In this document: positions 8,719 to 19,578 of the stretch, in pieces
Numbering within the stretch: position 1 is the stretch's first letter
Layout: every line of letters starts with the position of its first letter
From: Acidimicrobiia bacterium
GTDB lineage: Bacteria > Actinomycetota > Acidimicrobiia > IMCC26256 > DASPTH01
Length of the DNA stretch: 64,000 bases
Assembly (NCBI GenBank): GCA_040880805.1
Contig: JBBDHW010000027.1
Coordinates: 28,737-92,736, forward strand
Direction of reading: 5' to 3'
Notes under the pieces: generated by a model
What the model saw: the letters and a program-made list of their open reading frames with translations, nothing else
Told to the model about the DNA's origin: nothing
Databases searched by the model: none
Made by a program: the position numbers and the translations under genes

Positions 8719-9792
8719 GTGGCGCTGCGCCACAGCCCGCTCGACGCGGAGCACCGCGCGCTCCACGCACGGATGGCCGAGTTCGGCGGGTGGGAGATGC
8801 CGATCCAGTACCGCGGCGTGCTCGAGGAGCACCGCGCGTGCCGCGAGCGGGCCGTCGTGTTCGACGTGTCGCACCTCGGAACGCTCCGCGTGCACGGCGA
8901 GGGTGCGCTTGCCCTGTTGCAATGGGCGTTCACGAACGACCTCGACCGCATCGAGCCGGGGCGCGCGCAGTACACCCACCTGCTCGATCCCGACGACGCG
9001 CACGTCGTCGACGACCTCATCGTGTGGTGGGTCGCTCCCCGTGACTTCCTCGTGATGCCCAACGCGTCGAACACGAGACCCCTGCTCGACGCGCTGCACG
9101 AGGGACCGGGGATGGAAGTGGCGGTGGAGGACATCACCGCGGGCCGGGTGGTGCTCGCGGTGCAGGGACCACACGCACGTGAGCTCCTCGGGGGGGTCGC
9201 GCCCGGCGCGGCCGCGGTCGGCCGGTTCCGGGTGGCGCCGGTCACGTACCCCCGAGGCGCGGGCGGTTGGGCGGCCGGCACCGGGTACACCGGAGAGGAC
9301 GGCGTGGAGCTCCACGTGCCCACGGAGGCCGCGGTCGCGGTGTGGCAGGCCGTGATGCACGCGGGGATCGCACCCGCAGGGCTCGGCGCCCGTGACACGC
9401 TCCGGTTAGAAGCGGGCTTGCCACTGCATGGCCACGAGCTCGGGCCGGGAATCACGCCCTTCCAGGCCGGGTTGGGGTGGGTCGTGCGCTTCGACAAGGG
9501 CGACTTCCGCGGCCGCGCCGCGCTGGAGGCAGAGAAGCAACGGGGCATCGCGCGGCGGTTACGGGGCCTGCTGCTCGACGGACGGCAGATCCCGCGCGCA
9601 GGGCACGACGTGCTCCGCGACGGCGAGGTGGTGGGTGCGGTCACCAGCGGCAACTTCTCGCCGACGCTCGAGCGGGGGATCGCCCTCGCGTTCGTGCCGC
9701 CCGACGTCGTTCCCGGCGACGCGCTCGCCGTCGACATCCGCGGCAAGAGTGTGGCGGCGACAGTGGCGGAACTTCCGTTTGTCCGCCGGTAG
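8719..9792 (+). CDS. gcvT: Glycine cleavage system T protein (aminomethyltransferase)
   Basis: 'SPLDAEHRALHARMAEFGGWEMPIQYRGVLEEHRACRERAVVFDVSHLG', 357 aa. Confidence 0.95.
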   Translation: MALRHSPLDAEHRALHARMAEFGGWEMPIQYRGVLEEHRACRERAVVFDVSHLGTLRVHGEGALALLQWAFTNDLDRIEPGRAQYTHLLDPDDAHVVDDLIVWWVAPRDFLVMPNASNTRPLLDALHEGPGMEVAVEDITAGRVVLAVQGPHARELLGGVAPGAAAVGRFRVAPVTYPRGAGGWAAGTGYTGEDGVELHVPTEAAVAVWQAVMHAGIAPAGLGARDTLRLEAGLPLHGHELGPGITPFQAGLGWVVRFDKGDFRGRAALEAEKQRGIARRLRGLLLDGRQIPRAGHDVLRDGEVVGAVTSGNFSPTLERGIALAFVPPDVVPGDALAVDIRGKSVAATVAELPFVRR

Positions 9793-9804
9793 CCTCTGAA
9801 CGGT

Positions 9805-12567
<2,763 letters not shown>

Positions 12568-12570
12568 CCG

Positions 12571-13470
12571 ATGGCAGTTCCGCAACCCGGGATCTTCGCT
12601 CAGGGCACGCGTTCGCACTACCACCTCGAGTTCGACGCGCGTCCTGGCGCGACCGACGCCGAGATCTGCGCCGCGCTCGCCGGCTTGCGTGAGCCGTCGG
12701 TGACCGCCGGCGGGTCGAACATCGTCGTCGGCTTCGGCGCCGACCTCTGGCGCCGGCTCCGACCCGACGACGCGCCCGACGATCTGCAGCCGTTCGAGAC
12801 GATCCAGGGCGTTGGCCGCGCCGCGCCCGCCACCCAACACGACATCTGGGTGTGGAGCCACGGCACCGGCGAAGATGTCGAGCTCGACGTTGCACGCGGC
12901 GTCGTCGCGGCCCTCACGCCCGTGGCCACCCTCGCGCTCGAGCAACCCGGCTTCGTCTACCGCGACAGCCGCGACCTCACGGGCTTCATCGACGGCACCG
13001 AGAACCCGCCGGTCGAGGAGGCCCACGACGTCGCGATCGTGCCCGACGGCCAACCTGGTGCGGGCGGCGCGTACGTGATCGCAATGCGGTGGGTGCACAA
13101 TCTCGCGGCGTTCCACGCCCAGCCCGTCGACGACCAGCAAGCCACGATCGGTCGCACCAAGCCCGTCAGCGTCGAGCTCGACGACAAGCCGCCCACCGCG
13201 CACATCAGCCGCGTCGTGATCGAAGAAGACGGCGAGGAGCTCGAGATCTACCGCCGCAGTGTCCCGTACGGCCGCGTCGGAGAGCTCGGCCTCTACTTCA
13301 TCGCGTTCAGCGCCGACCCGAGCCGCTTCACGAAGATGCTCGCGAACATGTTCGGCACGAGCGGCGACGGTGTCCACGACCGCCTTACCGACTTCACCAC
13401 ACCGGTGAGCGGTTCCTTCTTCTTCGCGCCCTCCCTCGACGCGCTGGACGGCATCCTCCCGAGCGACTGA
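12571..13470 (+). CDS. Dye-decolorizing (DyP-type) peroxidase
   Basis: 'PQPGIF...' at the N-terminus and the 'RDLTGFIDGTENP' GXXDG motif; 299 aa. Confidence 0.85.
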   Translation: MAVPQPGIFAQGTRSHYHLEFDARPGATDAEICAALAGLREPSVTAGGSNIVVGFGADLWRRLRPDDAPDDLQPFETIQGVGRAAPATQHDIWVWSHGTGEDVELDVARGVVAALTPVATLALEQPGFVYRDSRDLTGFIDGTENPPVEEAHDVAIVPDGQPGAGGAYVIAMRWVHNLAAFHAQPVDDQQATIGRTKPVSVELDDKPPTAHISRVVIEEDGEELEIYRRSVPYGRVGELGLYFIAFSADPSRFTKMLANMFGTSGDGVHDRLTDFTTPVSGSFFFAPSLDALDGILPSD

Positions 13471-13479
13471 CCCGCGACG

Positions 13480-14679
13480 TCACGGCGGGCCGCGTTCCTT
13501 GCGCTGGCCGTTGAGGAGCCCGGCTTGCCGGTCGCGTTCGGTCTTCTCGACGTGGTGGGGGTAGCAGAGCGGTTGGAAGTTTTCCGCGCTGCTGGGTCCA
13601 TCGTTGGCGACCGGATCCTTGTGATCCCACTGGAGCCCGAAACGCCGGTCGCAGCCTTCTTCGGCGCAGGCGACGCCGTCGAAATCGGGTGGGTCGCCGA
13701 GATCGAGCACGGTTTGGAGCAGCGCGGGGCGGCGGCGGCCGTAGTGGACGATGGTGTCGACCTTGGTGCCGTCGTGTAAGACGACCTTGACGAACGCGTC
13801 CACCGCAAGCTTGCGCGCCAGGGACACCGGGCACGGTCCGCCACCGAGGATGTGACCGACTTCGCCGGGATGGGTGTGCCCGCGTACCCATCCGTTGAGG
13901 TCGTACACGAACACCAGATCAGGGGTTCGCGTGTTGCCGTTTCCCGTGCCCTCGAATAGCCGCTCGAACGCGTCCGCGGCGCATTGCGCGCGGGTCGTGC
14001 TGCGTCCCGCGCGACGGGCTTCGCGCCAGACGCGGTCGGTTTCGGCATCCAACCGGTTCGCGAACCGGGTCCCGAACTCGGGAGTGAAGGCGAAGGTGCC
14101 GCGGCGCATCCCGAGCTCGTCGTTCCAGTGTCGGACCTCGCGGCAGCGGTGCTGCTCGGCGTGGAGGTCTTCGGGATCGATGCTCTCGAGGTGCTTGCGG
14201 CGCGCCTTTCGTTTCAGCGACGACAGGCTCTCGGTGCGCGCCACTTCCAGAAGCTCGGCCTCGCACCCCGGCACGCGTGCGATCTCGGCGGCTTGTGCCA
14301 GTGACACCTCACCCGCCACCAACGCCTTCTTCGTGGCCGGGCACGTCTCGACCGCAGCGACCGTGGCCAGCTCCGTGCGCACTGCACCTTCCGACGACCC
14401 CGCGGCCCGGGCCAACCAGTCGTTCGCGCCCGCGAACCCGCGCTTGCGATGCGCGCCGCACTCCGATGCACGCGCCCCGAAGCGCACTCGCGCCGTGCCG
14501 CATGCCTTCTCCGCGAGTGCGAGGTGCTCCGCGATCTCCGCGCAGTCGTCACCCGAGTAGCGACCCGGCTCCACCCGCGCAAGCTCCGAGCAGAGCTCGC
14601 CAATGAGGTCACGAATACCGGGCACGGGCGCACCTCCTCTCGATCGCGCAGGTGGGAACTCGAAAGGAGAGCCATGCAC
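13480..14679 (-). CDS. HNH endonuclease with an N-terminal DUF222 domain (13E12-repeat-family type)
   Basis: C-terminal 'CAEEGCDRRFGLQWDHKDPVANDGPSSAENFQPLCYPHHVEKT' (HNH), with a DUF222-like N-terminal region. An alternative start is GTG 14625, preceded by the RBS gagaggagg. Confidence 0.8.
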   Translation of the reverse strand: MHGSPFEFPPARSRGGAPVPGIRDLIGELCSELARVEPGRYSGDDCAEIAEHLALAEKACGTARVRFGARASECGAHRKRGFAGANDWLARAAGSSEGAVRTELATVAAVETCPATKKALVAGEVSLAQAAEIARVPGCEAELLEVARTESLSSLKRKARRKHLESIDPEDLHAEQHRCREVRHWNDELGMRRGTFAFTPEFGTRFANRLDAETDRVWREARRAGRSTTRAQCAADAFERLFEGTGNGNTRTPDLVFVYDLNGWVRGHTHPGEVGHILGGGPCPVSLARKLAVDAFVKVVLHDGTKVDTIVHYGRRRPALLQTVLDLGDPPDFDGVACAEEGCDRRFGLQWDHKDPVANDGPSSAENFQPLCYPHHVEKTERDRQAGLLNGQRKERGPP

Positions 14680-14726
14680 GCCAGGCTCTCGAGGCGTGCC
14701 CGCATCATCACACGGGGGTACGACAC

Positions 14727-16013
14727 TTATCCTCCGGTCGCGGTGCTCTGCTCGTGCTTCTGTGACAAGAGATGCCGGGGCACGTGGGCGAGCGGGCTGC
14801 GTGGTGCCGAATCCGCGGGGTCCGCGGTCACGATCGCGGTCGACGAATCCGGCGTGCTCCGATGGAAGCGCACCGCCACTCTCGGCTCCAGGAGGTCGAG
14901 CAGCGCACGCTGGGATCGCTCGTCGACGATGTCACGGTGGTTGTTGCGCACGATGACCGCGACCGGCGCATCGGCCACCATGAGTACGCGCAGCAACAGT
15001 TCGTCGGGCTCACGACGTAGATCGATCACCGCGCCATCCGGTACGAGCGCGGCGGCCGCTTCCCCGGCGGGGGAGTGGGGGTCGCCTCTTGCCGCCCCAG
15101 CTTGCGGACCATGCGTGTAGAGGTTGCGCGCCGCAACCGCGCGTCCGAGTCGTCGCCAGGTGCCCGCGGTGGGACGGCACACGTAGAGATCGCTCCACCC
15201 GCCGATTGCTTGCGCGAGCACGTAGCGGTTGAACGACGGGTAGATCGCTTCGATGACGACGCGGAGCCGCTGCATGCGCTCCTGCACCGCGAGCGCGAGG
15301 TCGGGACGATGGTCGCCCGCGCCGTAGGCGATGACAACGCGGCCGCGGTTACGGTTGGCGAGGGCCGCGAGGGCGCGCTCGAGGAAGAGCGCGACGCCGT
15401 CGGCCGAGTACGGCGGGTCGGTGAACACCAGTGCTGCGGTGCCGTGCAGGACATCGGGAAGACCGTCGCGCAGATCGCCAAAGAGCGTGTGGATTGTCAG
15501 GCTGCGTTCGCGCGCAACACCGTCGATGAACTCCAAAAGCGCTTCGTCGATGTCGACGACGGTGATCTCGGTGCGGGGCATCGCGAGCGCGGCTGCGATC
15601 GACGTGAGGTCGTGGTCGCCGAGGAATAAGAGCTGACCGCCGGCGACGTCGAACTGCGAGCTCAGTAGCGCGGCGCGGGCGACGACCGTCTCGGCGTCGG
15701 CCGGGATCTGGTCCAGCATCGGTCGAGGCGACGGCGCGCGGTCGATGAGGTCGGCGAGCAAGCGAATTGTCTCCGGATCGATGTCGAGATGGGGGAGTCG
15801 GGCGCGATCCGGCGCCGTATCGACGGTAAGCGAGACCGAAGGGTCGACCGCGGCGACGATCCGCTCGACCGTCCGGCGCGACAACCCGCTTGCGTGCACG
15901 AGCTCGTCCGTTGTGGCCGGACCTGCAGCCAAACGGGTCACGACGACACGGGCCCAGCGCGCGTCGGGGCCGAGCTGTACGAGGAGCTCCGGTAGCGACT
16001 TCGCCTCGGTCAC
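14727..16013 (-). CDS. DUF43/BpsA-like putative aminopropyl- or methyltransferase with an N-terminal wHTH-like region and a long C-terminal extension
   Basis: 'LLFLGDHDLTSIAAALA...ITVVDIDEALLEFI...FGDLRDGLP....ALVFTDPPYSADGVALFLERA' resembles the DUF43 / N4-bis(aminopropyl)spermidine synthase core. 4-nt overlap with the upstream kinase gene. Confidence 0.5.
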   Translation of the reverse strand: MTEAKSLPELLVQLGPDARWARVVVTRLAAGPATTDELVHASGLSRRTVERIVAAVDPSVSLTVDTAPDRARLPHLDIDPETIRLLADLIDRAPSPRPMLDQIPADAETVVARAALLSSQFDVAGGQLLFLGDHDLTSIAAALAMPRTEITVVDIDEALLEFIDGVARERSLTIHTLFGDLRDGLPDVLHGTAALVFTDPPYSADGVALFLERALAALANRNRGRVVIAYGAGDHRPDLALAVQERMQRLRVVIEAIYPSFNRYVLAQAIGGWSDLYVCRPTAGTWRRLGRAVAARNLYTHGPQAGAARGDPHSPAGEAAAALVPDGAVIDLRREPDELLLRVLMVADAPVAVIVRNNHRDIVDERSQRALLDLLEPRVAVRFHRSTPDSSTAIVTADPADSAPRSPLAHVPRHLLSQKHEQSTATGG

Positions 16014-16597
16014 CGAGCCCCTTCGATGAAGCCGACGATGGTCGGGTAGTCAGGCCGGTAGCCGTCGGTCGTATCAACCACCAAAGTGGGGATATCGAGC
16101 TCCATCGGTGCGTAGCGGGCCACGTTGAACGGCGTGACTTCCACGTCGAAGTGCACCGGGTGACGCTCGCCGCGCGCCGCCCGGTCGAGCACACGTTCGG
16201 TGATCAGCTCGTCCGGCGCGGTGCAATGCACGAGCACCGCTGTCGACCCGTCTACCAGAGGCACCACTGCATCGGCGAAGGCCTGGTGGAACGCATGATC
16301 CACGACCACTGAGACGCCGAGGTCGAGCTGCCCCTTGACGAGCGCGTACAGGACCTCGACGGACGCCCTGCCGAGTTGCTGGCTGCGCTCCACCGAGTCG
16401 ACGACCAGCGAGTCGCCCAGCGCCTCCTTGATCGTGTCCTTGCCGAGCAGCGGGATCACCAGGTCGGCAGCGAGCCGGCGTGCCAGCGTCGTCTTCCCCG
16501 AGCCCGGGGATCCCGACACGAGCACGAGCAGCGGCGCCATCGCCGGCCATCTTGACCGACCACGGGGGATCGGGTCCCTCCCAAGCGAACCAACCAC
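16010..16597 (-). CDS. P-loop kinase (AAA_33 / chloramphenicol-phosphotransferase-like)
   Basis: Walker A 'LVSGSPGSGKTTLARRLA', 195 aa. Confidence 0.65.
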   Translation of the reverse strand: MVGSLGRDPIPRGRSRWPAMAPLLVLVSGSPGSGKTTLARRLAADLVIPLLGKDTIKEALGDSLVVDSVERSQQLGRASVEVLYALVKGQLDLGVSVVVDHAFHQAFADAVVPLVDGSTAVLVHCTAPDELITERVLDRAARGERHPVHFDVEVTPFNVARYAPMELDIPTLVVDTTDGYRPDYPTIVGFIEGAR

Positions 16598-16628
16598 AAC
16601 TTCACATAACGAGGATTATGGGCGTTGG

Positions 16629-17296
16629 TTACGTCCCGCAGCTGAATCGTGCGCAGAGGAAGGCCGCCGTGCGGTCCAGGATGTCGGCACGTACCCAGGG
16701 CACCTGGGCGACTCCATGGCCTTGTCCCTCGTAATAGTGAGCTTCGACGTCGACACCGCGGGCGCGCAGCGCGGCCTCGAGGTCCTGGGACTGGCTGACC
16801 GGTACCGCGTTGTCGTCGACACCGTGCAGGAGCAGGACGGGCACGTTGATCCCGTCGGCACGCTCGACGATGTTGACCTCGCCGCCGGGGACGACGCTGC
16901 CGATGCCGTTCCAGCCCTCGAGCAGCCCGGCGACGGAGACGACGGGCTCCGGCCGTCCCGCCGAGGCGCGGAGGGCGACGATCCCGCCACCCCGGCTGAA
17001 GCCCATGACGGCAACTTTTGACGGCGCACCGAGGGCATGGGAGACCCCTTCGACCAGCGAGTCGAGATCCGGGACGGCGGCGTCGACCACTCCCTTGAAG
17101 GACGGGGCGTCGGCACAGATGATGCGGAGGGTCGCCGTGGTGTCCTCCTCGGGAAGGGGCAGGTTGGCCCACCAACATCCGAACCCGACGTCAAAGCCTC
17201 GGGCCGAGAGCTCCTCCGCGAACGCGACGTAGTCCGTGTTGAGACCTCGGCGACATGCGTGTCGGACGACAGCACCACGTTGGGCAGCGCGGTCAC
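16629..17296 (-). pseudogene. Alpha/beta hydrolase (dienelactone hydrolase / S9-like) interrupted by a frameshift
   Basis: The catalytic part lies in one frame (...GLNTDYVAFAEELSARGFDV...VAVMGFSRGGG...VLLLHGVDDNAVP...GQGHG). That frame has no start codon between an upstream TAG and GTG 17090. The only start is GTG 17296, which overlaps the Nudix stop as GTGA. It opens a different frame (VTALPNVVLSSDTHVAEV) that must shift between about 17247 and 17290. Confidence 0.6.
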
Positions 17297-17700
17297 GTGA
17301 GCACCTCTACTTCGCGCAGGAACTCGTAGAGGCCGTCGACGAGCCGCAGCTCTGAGAGTTCGTGGAGCGGCACCCACGCGACCTCGGCCGCGTCGTCACC
17401 GGCGACCGCCACTGACGCGCCGGAGTCGAGCACCGTCACTTCGAAGTCGAGTATCACAAAGTGATACGTATCCGCGATCCTCTCCACCCAGCCGAGGAAC
17501 CGGTCGACCACCACCTCGAGGCCTGTCTCTTCGAGCACCTCGCGCACGACAGCCGTGTGCAGCGTCTCCCCCGTCTCCACGCGCCCGCCCGGTACCGACC
17601 ACTCCCCCGCAGCCGGCCCCCTCCCCCGCCGGACGAGGAGCAACGCGCCGTCCTGTACCGCGACCGCGCCCACTGCGACTTCCGGCGACGGCGACGTCAT
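17293..17700 (-). CDS. NUDIX hydrolase
   Basis: Nudix box 'GGRVETGETLHTAVVREVLEETGLEV', 135 aa. Confidence 0.9.
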   Translation of the reverse strand: MTSPSPEVAVGAVAVQDGALLLVRRGRGPAAGEWSVPGGRVETGETLHTAVVREVLEETGLEVVVDRFLGWVERIADTYHFVILDFEVTVLDSGASVAVAGDDAAEVAWVPLHELSELRLVDGLYEFLREVEVLT

Positions 17701-18173
17701 GCGTCAGGCGTGAGCCGGCGGTGCATGGTGAGCGCGCGCGCCGTGAAGTGGTGCTCCTCGAAGAAGTTCTTGGTGGCGCGGTGACCGGGGAGCGCGGTCG
17801 CGTCGATCCCGACGCAGCCGCGCTCGGCGCAGAACACGATCAGGTGGTCGATGATCCCCTCCCCTACCCCGACTTCGCGCGCCCCCTCGTCGACGAAGAG
17901 ATCGGTGACGATGCCGAGATGCGCGCCGGACCGCAGCCGTTCCACCACCACCGCGCCGAACCCGAGCACGACGTCGTCGATGGTGCCCACCACCACACGC
18001 GTGTCGTCACGCGCGAGCAACGCGCGGTACGAATCGTCGAGCGGCTCGGGCCACGCCTCGCGCTCGACCCACAGGGCGCCGCCTCGAATCGCGGCGAGCT
18101 CCGCGCGCATGGCGACGGCGAGCTCGACAATGGGAGCGATGTCGTGCTCGCCGGCGGGCCGGCTGCCTTCCAC
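17697..18173 (-). CDS. GNAT-family N-acetyltransferase
   Basis: Acetyl-CoA binding region 'VDEGAREVGVGEGIIDHLIVFCAERGC' and overall GNAT pattern. GTG 18173 lies 1 nt after the upstream stop; the longer start at 18218 would overlap the upstream gene by 44 nt. ATGA overlap with the Nudix gene. Confidence 0.75.
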   Translation of the reverse strand: MEGSRPAGEHDIAPIVELAVAMRAELAAIRGGALWVEREAWPEPLDDSYRALLARDDTRVVVGTIDDVVLGFGAVVVERLRSGAHLGIVTDLFVDEGAREVGVGEGIIDHLIVFCAERGCVGIDATALPGHRATKNFFEEHHFTARALTMHRRLTPDA

Positions 18174-18174
18174 G

Positions 18175-18792
18175 TCAGGTGAGCTGCGCGATTTTACCGA
18201 GGATCGTGTTGCGGCCACGGTGACCGGCCTCGTACGCGCGGATTGCCTCGAGGGAAGCGGCGTCGAGGCCGTCGAGCCGCTCGATCACCTGTGATGCCGA
18301 GAGCTCGTCGTAGTCGGGAATCGGGAGCTCCTCGACCGTTGGCGCGCTCGCGGCTCGGTCGGCCACAGGGGCGGTCGCGGGAGAGGTGAAGGCGGACGCG
18401 GACGCGCCCGACGCCATCTCGGGCTCGGGCCGCCACGCGGTCGAGTCGGATGCGTTACCCGATTCGCCCGTGCGCCACGACATGAATCCCTGCAGCGCGC
18501 TCCCGGTGACGTCGCGCGCGAGTCCGATTCCGCCGCCCGCGACGCCGCGCGCGCGACCGATGCCTTCACCCATGCGGCGCCGGATGTCGGCGACGTCGGG
18601 AACGGGCACGGGTGGCACCGACGGTATGGGTACGTCCTGGCCGCCGAGGTGCGACGTCACTTCGCGCTTCCCGCGCGACACGAAGATGCCCATCATGCTC
18701 GGGAACATGTCGCGTACGTAGAGCGCCATGCCGACGGGTGCGTACACGAAGAGGTCGAGCGCGCGGTCGATTGGTGGCTTCTCGTCGGGCAC
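18175..18792 (-). CDS. Conserved actinobacterial hypothetical protein
   Basis: Start GTG 18792 (VPDEKPPIDRALDLFVYAPVGMALYV...). The C-terminal 'PIPDYDELSASQVIERLDGLDAASLEAIRAYEAGHRGRNTILGKI' is a recurrent actinobacterial C-terminal module. The long upstream ORF extension was rejected. Confidence 0.5.
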   Translation of the reverse strand: MPDEKPPIDRALDLFVYAPVGMALYVRDMFPSMMGIFVSRGKREVTSHLGGQDVPIPSVPPVPVPDVADIRRRMGEGIGRARGVAGGGIGLARDVTGSALQGFMSWRTGESGNASDSTAWRPEPEMASGASASAFTSPATAPVADRAASAPTVEELPIPDYDELSASQVIERLDGLDAASLEAIRAYEAGHRGRNTILGKIAQLT

Positions 18793-18819
18793 GGTGGTCA
18801 GTCTACGGTGCCGGGCACA

Positions 18820-19578
18820 ATGTCGGTCCTCGAGGCGATCCTGGTCGTCGGCGTCGGCTTCTTCGCGGGCTCGATCAACACCATCGTGGGTTCCGGGTCG
18901 CTCGTGACGTTCCCCACGCTGCTGGCGATCGGGTATTCGCCGGTGGTGGCCAACGTGAGCAACACGGTCGGGCTCGTCTTCGGCTCGATCAGCGGAGCGT
19001 TCGGCTACCGGCGTGAGCTCGTTGGTCAGCAGCGGCGGGCGACGGTCCTCGGCGGCGGGTCCCTCATCGGTGGCCTCACGGGCGCGGTCCTGCTCCTCAC
19101 GCTGCCCAGTTCGGTGTTCGACGCCGTGGTGCCGGTGCTGATCCTGGTTGCGTGCGGGCTCGTGATCGCACAACCGCGGCTGAGCGCGATGATCGCCGCG
19201 AGGCGCACGAAGGTGGTCGAGCACGGTGGGTTCGCACTCTGGATCCTCGTCCTGCTCACCGGCATCTACGGCGGCTACTTCGGCGCCGCCCAGGGCGTGA
19301 TCCTGCTCTCCCTCCTCGGCATCTTCATCGCCGAGGATCTGCAGCGCCTCAACGGCGTGAAGAACATCCTCGCCGCGATCGCCAACGGTGTTGCGGCGTG
19401 TGTCTTCGTGTTCGCGGCCGACGTGGCCTGGGACGTCGCCGCGCTGATCGCGGTGGGATCGATCGCAGGCGCGCAGTTCGGCGCGCACTTCGGACGGCGG
19501 ATGCCGGCACCGCTGTTACGTGGTGTGATCGTCGTGGTCGGTGTGATCGCCGCGATCAAGCTGATCGTCGACTTCTAG
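18820..19578 (+). CDS. TauE/SafE-family (sulfite exporter-like) membrane permease
   Basis: 'LVVGVGFFAGSINTIVGSGSLVTFPTLLAIGYSPVVANVSNTVG' with a repeated half at the C-terminus and multiple TM segments. ATG at 18820. Confidence 0.8.
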   Translation: MSVLEAILVVGVGFFAGSINTIVGSGSLVTFPTLLAIGYSPVVANVSNTVGLVFGSISGAFGYRRELVGQQRRATVLGGGSLIGGLTGAVLLLTLPSSVFDAVVPVLILVACGLVIAQPRLSAMIAARRTKVVEHGGFALWILVLLTGIYGGYFGAAQGVILLSLLGIFIAEDLQRLNGVKNILAAIANGVAACVFVFAADVAWDVAALIAVGSIAGAQFGAHFGRRMPAPLLRGVIVVVGVIAAIKLIVDF

